From NCBI GenBank assembly GCA_963733035.1, contig CAVTBU010000006.1:544001-608000 (forward strand): a stretch of 64,000 nt of DNA, in the 5' to 3' direction. Positions within the stretch are counted from its first letter, which is position 1. Every line of letters begins with the position of its first letter. This document shows, in pieces, positions 19,094-28,940 of this stretch. The notes under the pieces are model-generated. The model saw nothing but the letters and a program-made list of their open reading frames with translations, did not search any database and was not told where the DNA came from. Both the position numbers and the translations under genes were made by a program. This DNA is from Pirellulales bacterium (GTDB lineage Bacteria; Planctomycetota; Planctomycetia; Pirellulales; PALSA-1355).

Positions 19094-20428
19094 TTGGAGT
19101 ATACGTTGCAAATCTCGGAACCTGACGAAACGGACGAAAACGGCATGTTGGGCGAGCTCGGGGAGTCGAACCCGGCCCGGCTGGGAATCTGGCAGCGCTG
19201 GCACCGTTGGCCACTTTATTTGCGGATCGTAGGGGCCGTGGCGCTGGGAGTGCTCGTGGGCATTGTATTCGGCGGTCAGGCGGAAGTACTGCAGGTGCCG
19301 AGCAAACTTGTGTTGCGCGTGTTGGGTGCGCTGGCCCCGCCGTTGGTGCTGCTGGCCATCGTGCAGGCCCTGATGCGGGCGGAGATCGGCGGGCGGCAGG
19401 CCTCGCGCTTGGCGGGCTTGCTGATTCTCAATACGTTCGTTGCGATCTCCGTCGGACTGTTGGTGGCAAACGTGATTCAGCCTGGGCATTGGGTGAAGGC
19501 CCAGCCACTAATACAAACGGAAGAGGTCGCTCACACGGTCGATCCGCTATCGCAGTTTCTGGACAACGTGCCCAGAAGCATCTTGGGTCCACTTTCCGAC
19601 GGTGGCAGTGTCTTGTCGGTCATCTTCCTGGCGGTGAGCTTTGGAATTGCCCTGCGTCAACTGCGCCATCACCAGCTCAACACGGTCGAAGACCTGGTGA
19701 CCATAGCGCTTTCGAGTTTGGTGATCATTTTGGGTTGGATCATCGACGTGATTCCGCTTGCGGTCTTTGGCATTGTGGCCAGCATTGTCGGCGTGAAGGG
19801 TTTTGGTGATTTCGTCGCGCTGGGGGCGTTTGTGCTGGCAGTACTCGTGGCGCTGTCACTGCAGGCCACCTACTACTTGCTGCGAGTTCGGCTAGGTTCG
19901 TGGGTGCGTCCCTGGGACTTGCTACGCGGAACGCGCGACGCGCTGGTCATGGCCTTTTCTACCAGTAGTTCGACCGCCACGATGCCGGTTACCTACGCCT
20001 GTCTGCGGGAGAAGGTCGGCTTGCGCGAAGAATCTGCCAGCATGGGCGCGCTTGTTGGCGCGAACTTCAACAATGATGGCACCGCGCTGTACGAAGCCAT
20101 GTCGGCGTTGTTTATTGCTCAGCTGATTGGTCAGCAGCTTTCGCTGGGCGAACAATTCATGGTTGTGATCACTTCCGTTGTTGCCTCGGTGGGGGCCGCC
20201 GGCATTCCCGAGGCGGGGCTCGTCACGATGACGCTGGTTTTTCGGGCCGTGGGCCTGCCAGTCGAATACATCGCCATGCTTCTGACGGTCGATTGGTTTC
20301 TCGACCGGTCGCGCACGGCGATTAATGTGATGGGCGACCTGAACGTGAGCTGCCTTTTGGACGGAAAGATTCCACCGGAGGCACTTTCACTGGCGGCGGC
20401 CGTGCCCGCGGAAGGCTCCGCGTCGTAG
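19094..20428 (+). CDS. Dicarboxylate/amino acid:cation symporter (DAACS family)
   Basis: AFSTSSSTATMP, GANFNNDGTALYE, ASVGAAGIP, VDWFLDRSRT. Confidence 0.92.
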   Translation: MEYTLQISEPDETDENGMLGELGESNPARLGIWQRWHRWPLYLRIVGAVALGVLVGIVFGGQAEVLQVPSKLVLRVLGALAPPLVLLAIVQALMRAEIGGRQASRLAGLLILNTFVAISVGLLVANVIQPGHWVKAQPLIQTEEVAHTVDPLSQFLDNVPRSILGPLSDGGSVLSVIFLAVSFGIALRQLRHHQLNTVEDLVTIALSSLVIILGWIIDVIPLAVFGIVASIVGVKGFGDFVALGAFVLAVLVALSLQATYYLLRVRLGSWVRPWDLLRGTRDALVMAFSTSSSTATMPVTYACLREKVGLREESASMGALVGANFNNDGTALYEAMSALFIAQLIGQQLSLGEQFMVVITSVVASVGAAGIPEAGLVTMTLVFRAVGLPVEYIAMLLTVDWFLDRSRTAINVMGDLNVSCLLDGKIPPEALSLAAAVPAEGSAS

Positions 20429-20465
20429 TTAGGCCGTGGACAAGTCTGACGGGCCGATATTCCGA

Positions 20466-21236
20466 CTAGCCGGCCCGCCGGCGTGTCCAAGGATCGGGTA
20501 GGCGTCGCAAGTCCGGACTTCCGTCGTCTTGCGCCGAATCGATCGCGGTGTCGCCATCGCGCATTGTCGAGAGGAATGAACTGCCGATCAGACTCAGGAA
20601 CGTGCCCAACACGCCGATGCCAACCAGCATCGTGATTACGGCCACCAAGCGCCCCGCAGCCGTCACCGGGTACAGATCACCGTAGCCGACGGTGGTCAGC
20701 GTGACGAACGACCACCAGACGGCGTCCCCCAGGCGACCGAACTTGTCGGGCTGTGCTTCGCGTTCGAATTCATGCATTGCCACGGAACTGGCCAGCAGCA
20801 CAATCACCGCCATGAAGCTTACAACCGCAAGTTCGTGTTGAACCCGACGAAATCCGTGCATGACCCGCTGCAGTGCATCATTGTACCGGTATAGCTTGAA
20901 CATCCACAGCAGTGGCAACACGCGAATCAACTTCAGCGATCGCAGATTCACCGTCAGGCCCAGTAGTGAGGGGACGATGGCAAGCAAGTCGATCGCTGCC
21001 AGCAGTGTAAAGGGATATCGTGCGCGGTTGTTGGCGTGGGCCCAGCGAAACAAGTACTCCGAACTGAAGAGCAGCAGCAGAGCCCGCTCGTTCCACAGCC
21101 AAAAGCCGCTGGCGGTCCGCGGCGTGCCAGGTTGCGTGAGCTCCGACTCCATGTAAAAAACCACGATGCTATAGAGCACGAGCAGTTGGCCGCTCAGCTC
21201 GAACCACCGCCGACCGGTGGATGTCTCGGGAAGCAT
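20466..21236 (-). CDS. Potassium channel, 6TM ion-transport family
   Basis: WWSFVTLTTVGYGD selectivity filter; IDLLAIVP; S4-like LRSLKLIRV. Confidence 0.9.
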   Translation of the reverse strand: MLPETSTGRRWFELSGQLLVLYSIVVFYMESELTQPGTPRTASGFWLWNERALLLLFSSEYLFRWAHANNRARYPFTLLAAIDLLAIVPSLLGLTVNLRSLKLIRVLPLLWMFKLYRYNDALQRVMHGFRRVQHELAVVSFMAVIVLLASSVAMHEFEREAQPDKFGRLGDAVWWSFVTLTTVGYGDLYPVTAAGRLVAVITMLVGIGVLGTFLSLIGSSFLSTMRDGDTAIDSAQDDGSPDLRRLPDPWTRRRAG

Positions 21237-21507
21237 CGACAGTCTCTCCAGGTCACGAGGCCGATGACCGCTGGGTGCGCGGCCGTCCTTTACGGGGGCG
21301 GCTAGGATATCGGTGAAGCCGATTTCGCAAAAGGCGAGCTACGGCGTCGTCGGCGAGTCGCATTGCTAGCAATGCTAGCAACCAGATACTGGCGCAGGCA
21401 GTGATTTCGGACCAACGTTCGCGGAGGTGGATACCCGATAACGAGAAATGACCGCTATTGGACAGCGGCAAACTGCAGCATAACCTTCGGACCGGAGGTT
21501 CCCACCG

Positions 21508-21702
21508 ATGCACGCCTCGCACCCACCTCGCTTTAAGGTCTCAACCGTGACCAAATTGGCCACCAGCCCTGCCGCTCAGGAAGCAGCGGCACTGCGCCGG
21601 TTTCTTTCGCAAGTCGGCGGAATCGAAAACGGGCGAATCGCGCTGGAGCTATTGGCGATCTTAACCGGCGGTGCGCCGAAGGACTTGCGCAAGGCCGCAT
21701 AG
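21508..21702 (+). CDS. Small hypothetical protein (64 aa)
   Basis: Strong SD GGAGGT 8 nt upstream; helical composition; fills the intergenic space. Confidence 0.65.
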   Translation: MHASHPPRFKVSTVTKLATSPAAQEAAALRRFLSQVGGIENGRIALELLAILTGGAPKDLRKAA

Positions 21703-21728
21703 CCGATTGTGGAGGATTTGGCGGGTCG

Positions 21729-22439
21729 TCAATCAAACAGCCTGCCCTGCGTTTTGGCCGGTGCGGCCGGTGCGAGGCACTGTGGCCCGTCGTAGCGCGG
21801 ACTGTTGACTTCCGCGCTCACCGCGTAGAGTGTCATCCGTTCAGCGGAGTAGGGGGCCAAGAGCGCCTCGAGCCGCGTCGTTTCTTGGCTGACCGGATCC
21901 AGCCAGGCTCCATAGTCCTTCGGATCGAGAATGACGGGCATCCGCTCATGAAGTGGTCGCAACAGCTGATTGGCTGCCGTGGTTACGATGGTACACGATT
22001 CAATGGCAAGTTCTCCGCGCTGCCAGTGGTCCCACACACCGGCGAACGCGAACGGTTGATCGTCCTCGAGCCGAATGTAGTACGGCTGCTTCGGTTTAGC
22101 TCCCTGTTTCCACTCATAGAATCCGTCGGCCACGATCAGGCAGCGGCGACGTTGAAACGCTTCGCGAAAGGCCGCCTTCGTGGCCAGCGTTTCGCTGCGT
22201 GCGTTGATCATGCGATTGCCGATTGACGGATCATCCGCCCACGAGGGGATCAGTCCCCAGTGAAACCAGGATAGAACGCGACCGTTGCCCTCAACTTGCC
22301 TGATGGCGGCCACGTTTTGCGTCGGCGCAATGTTGTAGCGTACCGGCCAGTCGGCACCATCAGGGAGCAATGTAGGCTCCAGATCAAACGCGTCGGCGAC
22401 CACACGCAGCGGCGTGCGAAGAGTGAAGCGACCACACAT
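21729..22439 (-). CDS. SOS response-associated peptidase (SRAP/YedK family)
   Basis: N-terminal MCGRF (catalytic Cys2), RYNIAPTQ, INARSET, DGFYEW, HERMPVIL. Confidence 0.93.
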   Translation of the reverse strand: MCGRFTLRTPLRVVADAFDLEPTLLPDGADWPVRYNIAPTQNVAAIRQVEGNGRVLSWFHWGLIPSWADDPSIGNRMINARSETLATKAAFREAFQRRRCLIVADGFYEWKQGAKPKQPYYIRLEDDQPFAFAGVWDHWQRGELAIESCTIVTTAANQLLRPLHERMPVILDPKDYGAWLDPVSQETTRLEALLAPYSAERMTLYAVSAEVNSPRYDGPQCLAPAAPAKTQGRLFD

Positions 22440-22563
22440 GATGTCTTGAGTTGACTGCGGAGACAAACAACGTTTGATTGTAGTCGCCCAGGCACGCGAC
22501 CGATAGAATCGCACCAACCCGAGTACTCGTTGCAGATTTCTCGTAGCGTGGAGAAAGCAAAGC

Positions 22564-23349
22564 ATGGCTGAACTTGCAGGCATCTATCTCTACCCCTTCA
22601 AATCTCTCGACGTTCAGCAGGTCAGTTCGGCGTCGGTGCTGCCAAGTGGAGCGCTCGAATTTGATCGGCGGTGGGCCATCGTCGATCAGCAGGGCGATCC
22701 AATCAACGGGAAGCGGTTTCCAGTCGTGCACCAACTGCGCTCGACGTTCGACCTTTCGTCGCTGCGGATCAGCCTTCGCGATGTCGCGAATGCCCGCGAG
22801 GCGACATTCCATATCGATGACGAGCGATCGCCGCTCGAGGCTTGGCTGTCGGAGTTCTTTGGCCAATCGGCCACGGTGATTGAGAACGCCGCCGGCGGAT
22901 TTCCCGATGATACGGAATTCCCAGGACCGACAGTCATCAGCACCGCCTCGCTCGAAGCAGTGGCCCGCTGGTATCCGGGGCTCTCGCTTGATTCGTCACG
23001 TAAGCGGTTTCGGGCTAACCTCGAAATCGGCGGGGTCGAACCTTTTTGGGAAGATCGCCTGCTCGCTCCGGGGTTGGGTGTAGTGCGCTTTCGCATCGGC
23101 GACGCGGAGTTACAGGGTATGAATCCTTGTGCTCGCTGCGTGGTTCCTTCGCGCGACCCGCAAACTGGCGAGGTAACTCCGCTCTTCGCCAAGACCTTCG
23201 CAGGCGCGCGCCTGGCAAACCTACCGCAGTGGGCTGCCGCCCAGCGATTTGATCACTACTACCGATTGAGCGTCAACACGCAGACTGCCGCCGGCACAAC
23301 GCAACAAGTCCACGTGGGGGACGCCGTCGAGGTCCTTGGAGTCGAGTGA
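22564..23349 (+). CDS. MOSC domain protein
   Basis: IYLYPFKS, DRRWAI, RFRANLEI, PCARCVVP. Confidence 0.9.
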   Translation: MAELAGIYLYPFKSLDVQQVSSASVLPSGALEFDRRWAIVDQQGDPINGKRFPVVHQLRSTFDLSSLRISLRDVANAREATFHIDDERSPLEAWLSEFFGQSATVIENAAGGFPDDTEFPGPTVISTASLEAVARWYPGLSLDSSRKRFRANLEIGGVEPFWEDRLLAPGLGVVRFRIGDAELQGMNPCARCVVPSRDPQTGEVTPLFAKTFAGARLANLPQWAAAQRFDHYYRLSVNTQTAAGTTQQVHVGDAVEVLGVE

Positions 23350-23359
23350 ACGGATCCGG

Positions 23360-25744
23360 CTACCGGGATGGGGCACTCCATTGGTTTCCCCAGCCGGCGT
23401 AAAGGTCGGCCAGAAACGCTTCCCACTCTTGGCGGGTACGCGTTTCGGGGAATGGAATCGGCCGTTCCGCTTTGACTTCACTCCAGACCACTTCGAATTG
23501 GCCGTCAGAGCTAATCTTGCCAATCCGCGGTGTCTTGAAGGTATGCCGGTTGGTGGCGTCGATCGTCAACTCGCCTTCCGGTGCCAGGAGCTTTTGATTC
23601 CCAAATGCCTGGCGAATCTTGGCGCACCGGTCGCTACCAGCCTCGCGCACGGCATTGCCCCACATCCTAACGCCGACGTAGGCGACCTCCATCGGATCGG
23701 TGACGACGCGCCGTTGATCGTACTTCGCGCGAAAACGTTCGACGAACCTTTGATTCTCGAGTGAGTTGAGCGATTGGAAGTAATTCCAGGCAGCGAAGTC
23801 GCCCGCCATGGTGGCAGGATCAAATTGCTGAAGTTCGTTTTCGGCGATGGAAAACGAGATAGTGGGGGTCTTTTCAGGTGTGATGCCGGCGGCACGCAAG
23901 CGGCGGAAAAACGGCACGTTCGTGTCGCCGTTGATCGTATTGAGAATCATGTCAGGTTTGGATTCCACGATCTGGTCGATGATGCCCTGCACCTCGAACG
24001 CACCTAGCGGCAGGTATTCCTCGCCCACAATCTCGGCGCCCAGGTCGTTCAACTCGTCGCGAATGATTGCACCGGCCGTACGCGGGAACACATAGTCCGA
24101 ACCGACCAGGAAGAAGCGTCGCTTGCGCTGGAAGGCGAACGCCCAGCCGAGCGCGGGAATGATCTGCTGATTTGGCACGGCTCCCAAATAGATCACGTTG
24201 GGCGAGTCTTCCAATCCCTCGTACTGCACCGGGTAGACAAGCAGATTGTCGTGCCGTTCGAATATGGGGACGACTGTCTTGCGGCTGGCCGACGTCCAAC
24301 AGCCAAACACCGTGCAAACTTTTTCGTCGGCGATCAGGTTGCGGGCTTCCGTTGCAAAGACCTCGGGATTCGAGCGCCCGTCTCGAACGATGGCCTCGAC
24401 GGGCCGTCCCAGCACACCGCCCGCATCGTTCAGCTCTTCGATCGCCAGCAGAGTCGCATCGACAACCGGCGCTTCACTGGCCTGCATACTGCCGGTGAGC
24501 GAATGCAGCACGCCAACACGAATCGGTGTGCCCGCCGGGGGCGGTATGATGTTCGGAGCATCGGCTGATTCTGGTTGCGGCTTATCATCGCGCAACAGAA
24601 CGAAACCGCCAACACCAGCTGCCGCGCCGAGAGCGCCGAGACCGGCCACCGCCATCCAGGCACGACGCGATGTCCTGTCTTTGGTTCCCTGCGGCGCGAG
24701 CGGGCGTGCCACGGGGTTAATCCCACTACGGCTAGGCAACGCGATGTCCGTGGCACCAGAAAGCGTAGCGATTACGGCATTCAGGTCAGCCAACATTTCC
24801 TCGGCGTTTTGGTAGCGATCTTCAGGTCGCTTAGCCGTGGCGCGCTGCACAATGTGGGCGCAAGCCGCTGGGATCGTAGGCACGACCTTGCGCGGGTCGA
24901 GAGGTTCGCCGCTGACGTGGGCGAACATGATTTGCACGATGCTGCCGGCATCCTGATAGGGGTAGGCGCCTGTTAGCAGGCTGTAGTAGGTGGCGCCCAG
25001 CGAATAAATGTCGCTACGGGCATCGACGGCACGCGATTCACACTGCTCGGGACTCATGAAGTAGGGTGTGCCGGCCACCGACCCTTCTCGCGTCAACGAC
25101 ATGGTGGTGTCGAGCGTATGTTTGGCCAGACCAAAATCGGCGATCTTTACCGCGCCCTCACCCGAGCGCAGGAGGTTGGCTGGCTTAATATCTCGGTGCA
25201 CCAAGCCCACGCGATGCGCCGCGGCCAAACCGCGACAAGCGTCGGCGGTGATTTGCGTCGCGGCCAGCACCGACAGTGCTCCACCGCGTTCAAGTTCTTC
25301 GCCGATCGTTCCGCCGCCGACGTACTCCATTACCAGATAAAAGGTATCACCTTCTTGATCGACTTCGTAAACGCCAACTGTATTCGGGTGCGAAAGCTTG
25401 CCGGCTGCCTTCGCCTCGGACAAAAAACGGGCGAGCGCCGTTTCATTGGTTGAGAGTTCTTGTGGCAGCATTTTGATCGCCACGTCGCGCTCGATCGTGG
25501 TGTCATGGGCGAGGAAGACTATGCCCATTCCGCCGGTGCCCAACAGGCTGCGCAGTTCGTAGCGGTCGAGCCGCCGTCCAATCCATTGCTCGGCTGTGCT
25601 GGCGCCAGGGGCCTTGACGCCGGGGAACCGCGAAGACGTCTCTTCACCGTGGGCCATGGTTTCGCCGAACGAAGAGTCCTGCCGCGGGCCGTCCTCCGGA
25701 CGCGATCGCCGACCGGTCTGGCTGGTGCCGTCGTCGTTGGTCAT
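23360..25744 (-). CDS. Ser/Thr kinase fused to a urea/amide ABC substrate-binding (UrtA/AmiC-like) domain
   Basis: LGTGGMG, HRDIKPANLL, DFGLAK; one TM helix; then IRVGVLHSLTG, FGCWTSASRK, YPVQYEG, VGSDYVFPR. Confidence 0.9.
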   Translation of the reverse strand: MTNDDGTSQTGRRSRPEDGPRQDSSFGETMAHGEETSSRFPGVKAPGASTAEQWIGRRLDRYELRSLLGTGGMGIVFLAHDTTIERDVAIKMLPQELSTNETALARFLSEAKAAGKLSHPNTVGVYEVDQEGDTFYLVMEYVGGGTIGEELERGGALSVLAATQITADACRGLAAAHRVGLVHRDIKPANLLRSGEGAVKIADFGLAKHTLDTTMSLTREGSVAGTPYFMSPEQCESRAVDARSDIYSLGATYYSLLTGAYPYQDAGSIVQIMFAHVSGEPLDPRKVVPTIPAACAHIVQRATAKRPEDRYQNAEEMLADLNAVIATLSGATDIALPSRSGINPVARPLAPQGTKDRTSRRAWMAVAGLGALGAAAGVGGFVLLRDDKPQPESADAPNIIPPPAGTPIRVGVLHSLTGSMQASEAPVVDATLLAIEELNDAGGVLGRPVEAIVRDGRSNPEVFATEARNLIADEKVCTVFGCWTSASRKTVVPIFERHDNLLVYPVQYEGLEDSPNVIYLGAVPNQQIIPALGWAFAFQRKRRFFLVGSDYVFPRTAGAIIRDELNDLGAEIVGEEYLPLGAFEVQGIIDQIVESKPDMILNTINGDTNVPFFRRLRAAGITPEKTPTISFSIAENELQQFDPATMAGDFAAWNYFQSLNSLENQRFVERFRAKYDQRRVVTDPMEVAYVGVRMWGNAVREAGSDRCAKIRQAFGNQKLLAPEGELTIDATNRHTFKTPRIGKISSDGQFEVVWSEVKAERPIPFPETRTRQEWEAFLADLYAGWGNQWSAPSR

Positions 25745-25917
25745 TGCCGTGGTATCCCCGGTCGATCAGATCGTCTTAATCAAGCTATACGCAGGGCGAG
25801 CGCGTCTGGGTCAATCCTACCTCACTGGAGCGGGACAGCAATGCCACAGAGTCGACATAACCGGTCGATCGGCGAACGGTTTGTGTCGAATTCGCGCCCC
25901 TGGGCGCTACCCAGCGA

Positions 25918-26721
25918 TTACCATGCGTATCGCAGGCCCGTCGAGCCGATGTGGATCATCTGTTGACTGTTGACCTGGGTGTCGAAACCCGCAAACGTAC
26001 TCAGGCCGCCCGCGAAGTCCCAATGAAACCGTTTGCCAAAGATCGCCCAATTGTTACCGTAGTGGAGCCCTTGAGTCACGAAGATGGCGGTGTCGCCAGG
26101 CGCGAAAAAAGCAGTGTTTTGGGCACCAGGGGACTGCAGGTATTCACAGAGCCATAGCAGCCGCACCTCAGCTTCGAAACGGCTCTCCTGTTCCGGTGGC
26201 GCGTGCAGCAGCAATCGCCCGCCGACCACGCTGCGCTGGTCGTTGGCATCCAGGCTTGAAGTGGTGAGCTTGGGGCGAAATTCGTCGAGTTCTTCGAAAT
26301 CCTCCGGTGGAAGTTTGATGTTTATCAACTCATTTGCCTGATACAGCTTCATCACGTTCGAGAAGTCGGGAAATGGCATCGTGGGCCTTAGATCGGACAG
26401 GCTCGGTTCGGCAAACTGTGAGTCGTAGTGATCGATTGATTGACCGTGCTCGTGAAAAAGTGGTTTCGCGTCGGCCAGCAGTAGTGGACAATTGTCACTG
26501 TTTCGGGTGGAGTTGCTCGCCGCGCAACGTGTCGGCAGAGCGTTGCATTCCGCAGCGTCAGCCTGATGGCCCAGAGCCGTCGTGTAAGTCCAAGCGGCCG
26601 TCGCCAAGACCGCCGACAGGCACGCGCGGCGCAACGCGAACGCAGTCGTTTCCGGACGGTTCGGGAGCGACGTGTTGCCGTGCGTGCCCAAGGTTGCCAA
26701 GAGAAGCATCGATCTTGCCAA
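25918..26721 (-). CDS. Hypothetical protein ending in a partial autotransporter-like beta-barrel segment
   Basis: C-terminal amphipathic strands ending ...IGSTGLRYAW (terminal aromatic); start uncertain. Confidence 0.55.
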   Translation of the reverse strand: MARSMLLLATLGTHGNTSLPNRPETTAFALRRACLSAVLATAAWTYTTALGHQADAAECNALPTRCAASNSTRNSDNCPLLLADAKPLFHEHGQSIDHYDSQFAEPSLSDLRPTMPFPDFSNVMKLYQANELINIKLPPEDFEELDEFRPKLTTSSLDANDQRSVVGGRLLLHAPPEQESRFEAEVRLLWLCEYLQSPGAQNTAFFAPGDTAIFVTQGLHYGNNWAIFGKRFHWDFAGGLSTFAGFDTQVNSQQMIHIGSTGLRYAW

Positions 26722-26964
26722 AAGGGACCATGTCCGCGGTACTCTTGATTGATTCGACGCGCTGCTTGCCAGGCATTCACACTTATTGCCATTGATTTGG
26801 CGACGTTGCTAGCAAACTTCCCCGCCAGCAGCCGCAAAGTTCACCTCCCTCTGCAAATCGCTACATTTTCGCAGCGACTTCCGAGGCCAAACACGGTACG
26901 CCACGGGGACGCCGTTCGTGTATAATCGCCAGCGAAAAATGGACTCCCTACGAATCCGCCTTGC

Positions 26965-28191
26965 ATGGACGCCGCTTCTCGCCTTAACGTCGACGTAGTC
27001 ATTTTTGGCGGCGGCTGCGCGGGCTTGTGGCTGCTTGACGATTTGCGCCGCCGCGGCGCTTGTGCATTGCTGCTAGAAGCCGGCTGTCTCGGTTCGGGAC
27101 AAACGGGCAGCGCTCAAGGGATCCTGCACGGCGGGCTCAAGTATTCCTTGGCCGGCCTGCTTTCCTCTTCCGCTCGCATGGTGCGCGAAATGCCTCGCAT
27201 CTGGGAAGATTCGATCCACGGTCGCAGTGAGCCGGATCTATCGGCCGTAAGGTCGCGTGCCGATTCATGTTATTTGTGGCGAAGCCGTTCGCTAAAGGCA
27301 TGGACTTCCATGTTTGGCGCCGTGAATGCGCTACAGGTAAAGCCCGAATTGTTGGAGGAAAAACTTGTGCCTCCACTGCTCGCCCGGTGCCCACGGCCAA
27401 TCTATCGGTTGCCAGAACGCGTTATCGATCCCCTCAGTTTCCTGGGCGTGCTGGCCCAACGGAATCGCGGCTTGGTTTGGCAAGTCGACGCTCGCGCGGG
27501 ACTGCACTTCGAACGTCGCACTTCAACGAACGCGGCGCCAGTGATTTCGCTTCGCGACGCTCGCGACGATTCCGTTATGGAGTTGCACGCCAAATCTATG
27601 ATCTTGGCGGCCGGTGAAGGCAACGCCGGACTGCGCGACCAACTCGGGCTGCCAGCAGACGCCATGCAGCGTCGCCCCCTGCGAGTGGCCTTTGCGCGCG
27701 GAGATTTACCGAAGATTAATGGCCATTGCGTTGATGGCGTCAAGACACGAGTAACGCTTACCTCCGACGTCGACACCGCGGGGCGCACCGTGTGGCAACT
27801 CGGTGGACAACTGAGCGAAGATGGCATTACGCTCGCGCCGCAAGACTTTTTGTCGCAAGCGAAACGTGAACTAGCGGCGGTTTTGCCCGGCTGCGACATT
27901 GAGAAAATTCAATGGGCGCAAATTACTGTCGACCGCGCTGAGCGGAGCACGCGCGACGGTCTCATGCCGGGTGATGTGCAGATCCTGCGGGATGGCGATA
28001 TACTTACTGTCTGGCCGACGAAACTGGTGATGGCTCCGTTGCTGAGTCGTCGTGTCATGGAGATGCTGGAGTTTGAACGGTGTCCTGGCAACGAGAGTTG
28101 GCAGCGGTCGATCGGTGAAATCAATTGGCCAGCGCCTGCGGTCGCACGCCCACCATGGGACCGGGAGTTGTCATGGTTCAACGTCGGCTAG
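26965..28191 (+). CDS. FAD-dependent oxidoreductase (DAO-like)
   Basis: VVIFGGGCAGLW Rossmann motif; QGILHGGLKY; WPTKL; TATAAT at 26921-26926 upstream. Confidence 0.85.
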   Translation: MDAASRLNVDVVIFGGGCAGLWLLDDLRRRGACALLLEAGCLGSGQTGSAQGILHGGLKYSLAGLLSSSARMVREMPRIWEDSIHGRSEPDLSAVRSRADSCYLWRSRSLKAWTSMFGAVNALQVKPELLEEKLVPPLLARCPRPIYRLPERVIDPLSFLGVLAQRNRGLVWQVDARAGLHFERRTSTNAAPVISLRDARDDSVMELHAKSMILAAGEGNAGLRDQLGLPADAMQRRPLRVAFARGDLPKINGHCVDGVKTRVTLTSDVDTAGRTVWQLGGQLSEDGITLAPQDFLSQAKRELAAVLPGCDIEKIQWAQITVDRAERSTRDGLMPGDVQILRDGDILTVWPTKLVMAPLLSRRVMEMLEFERCPGNESWQRSIGEINWPAPAVARPPWDRELSWFNVG

Positions 28192-28940
28192 GCCTCGGTG
28201 GTCCTCTGGTTAGTCCAGTCGGCTTTGGTGCGTTCAAGATCGGACGCAACCAGAAGATCAAGTACGATCAAGCCTACGAGCTTCCCGATGAGGCCGAAGT
28301 GACACGCCTGCTGAATGGCCTGTTGGACGTTGGCATCAATTATTTCGACACGGCTCCTGCATACGGCTTGAGCGAGGAACGCCTCGGATCGGCCATTGGA
28401 CACCGACGATCGGAGTTCCGGTTGTCGACGAAAGTCGGGGAGACGTTCGAACGCGGTGAGTCCAGGTATGACTTTTCGCGTGTCGCTATCGAGTCGAGTG
28501 TTGTTCGTAGCTTGAAGCGTTTGCGTACTGACGTACTCGACGTCGTGTTTCTGCACTCGCCAGGAGACGACCTTGCCATCCTCAATCGTACAGACGCTGT
28601 TGCGACGCTCACGCGACTGCGCGAGTCGGGAGCCGTCAAAGCCATCGGACTTTCCGCAAAGTCTCCGGAGGGCGCTCACGCCGCTATCGATTGGGCAAAC
28701 GTCGTGATGGTGGAGTATCACCAGGGAGACCGCTCTCAAGAGGCTGCCATTGCCGCGGCGACAGCCGCCGGTGTCGGAGTCGTTGTGAAGAAGGGCCTCG
28801 CTGCTGGCAGCCTCCCCGCGAGCGACGCAATTCGCTTCGTGCTAGCCAATCCGGGCGTATCGAGCATGGTCATCGGCTCGCTTAGTCGAGCGCACATGGA
28901 AGACAACCTTCGCACCGCGTTCGACGTCCCCACTGGCTAG
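28173..28940 (+). CDS. Aldo/keto reductase
   Basis: VSPVGFG, FDTAPAYGLSEERLG, STKVG, SLKRLRTDVLDVVFLH. Confidence 0.9.
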   Translation: MVQRRLGLGGPLVSPVGFGAFKIGRNQKIKYDQAYELPDEAEVTRLLNGLLDVGINYFDTAPAYGLSEERLGSAIGHRRSEFRLSTKVGETFERGESRYDFSRVAIESSVVRSLKRLRTDVLDVVFLHSPGDDLAILNRTDAVATLTRLRESGAVKAIGLSAKSPEGAHAAIDWANVVMVEYHQGDRSQEAAIAAATAAGVGVVVKKGLAAGSLPASDAIRFVLANPGVSSMVIGSLSRAHMEDNLRTAFDVPTG

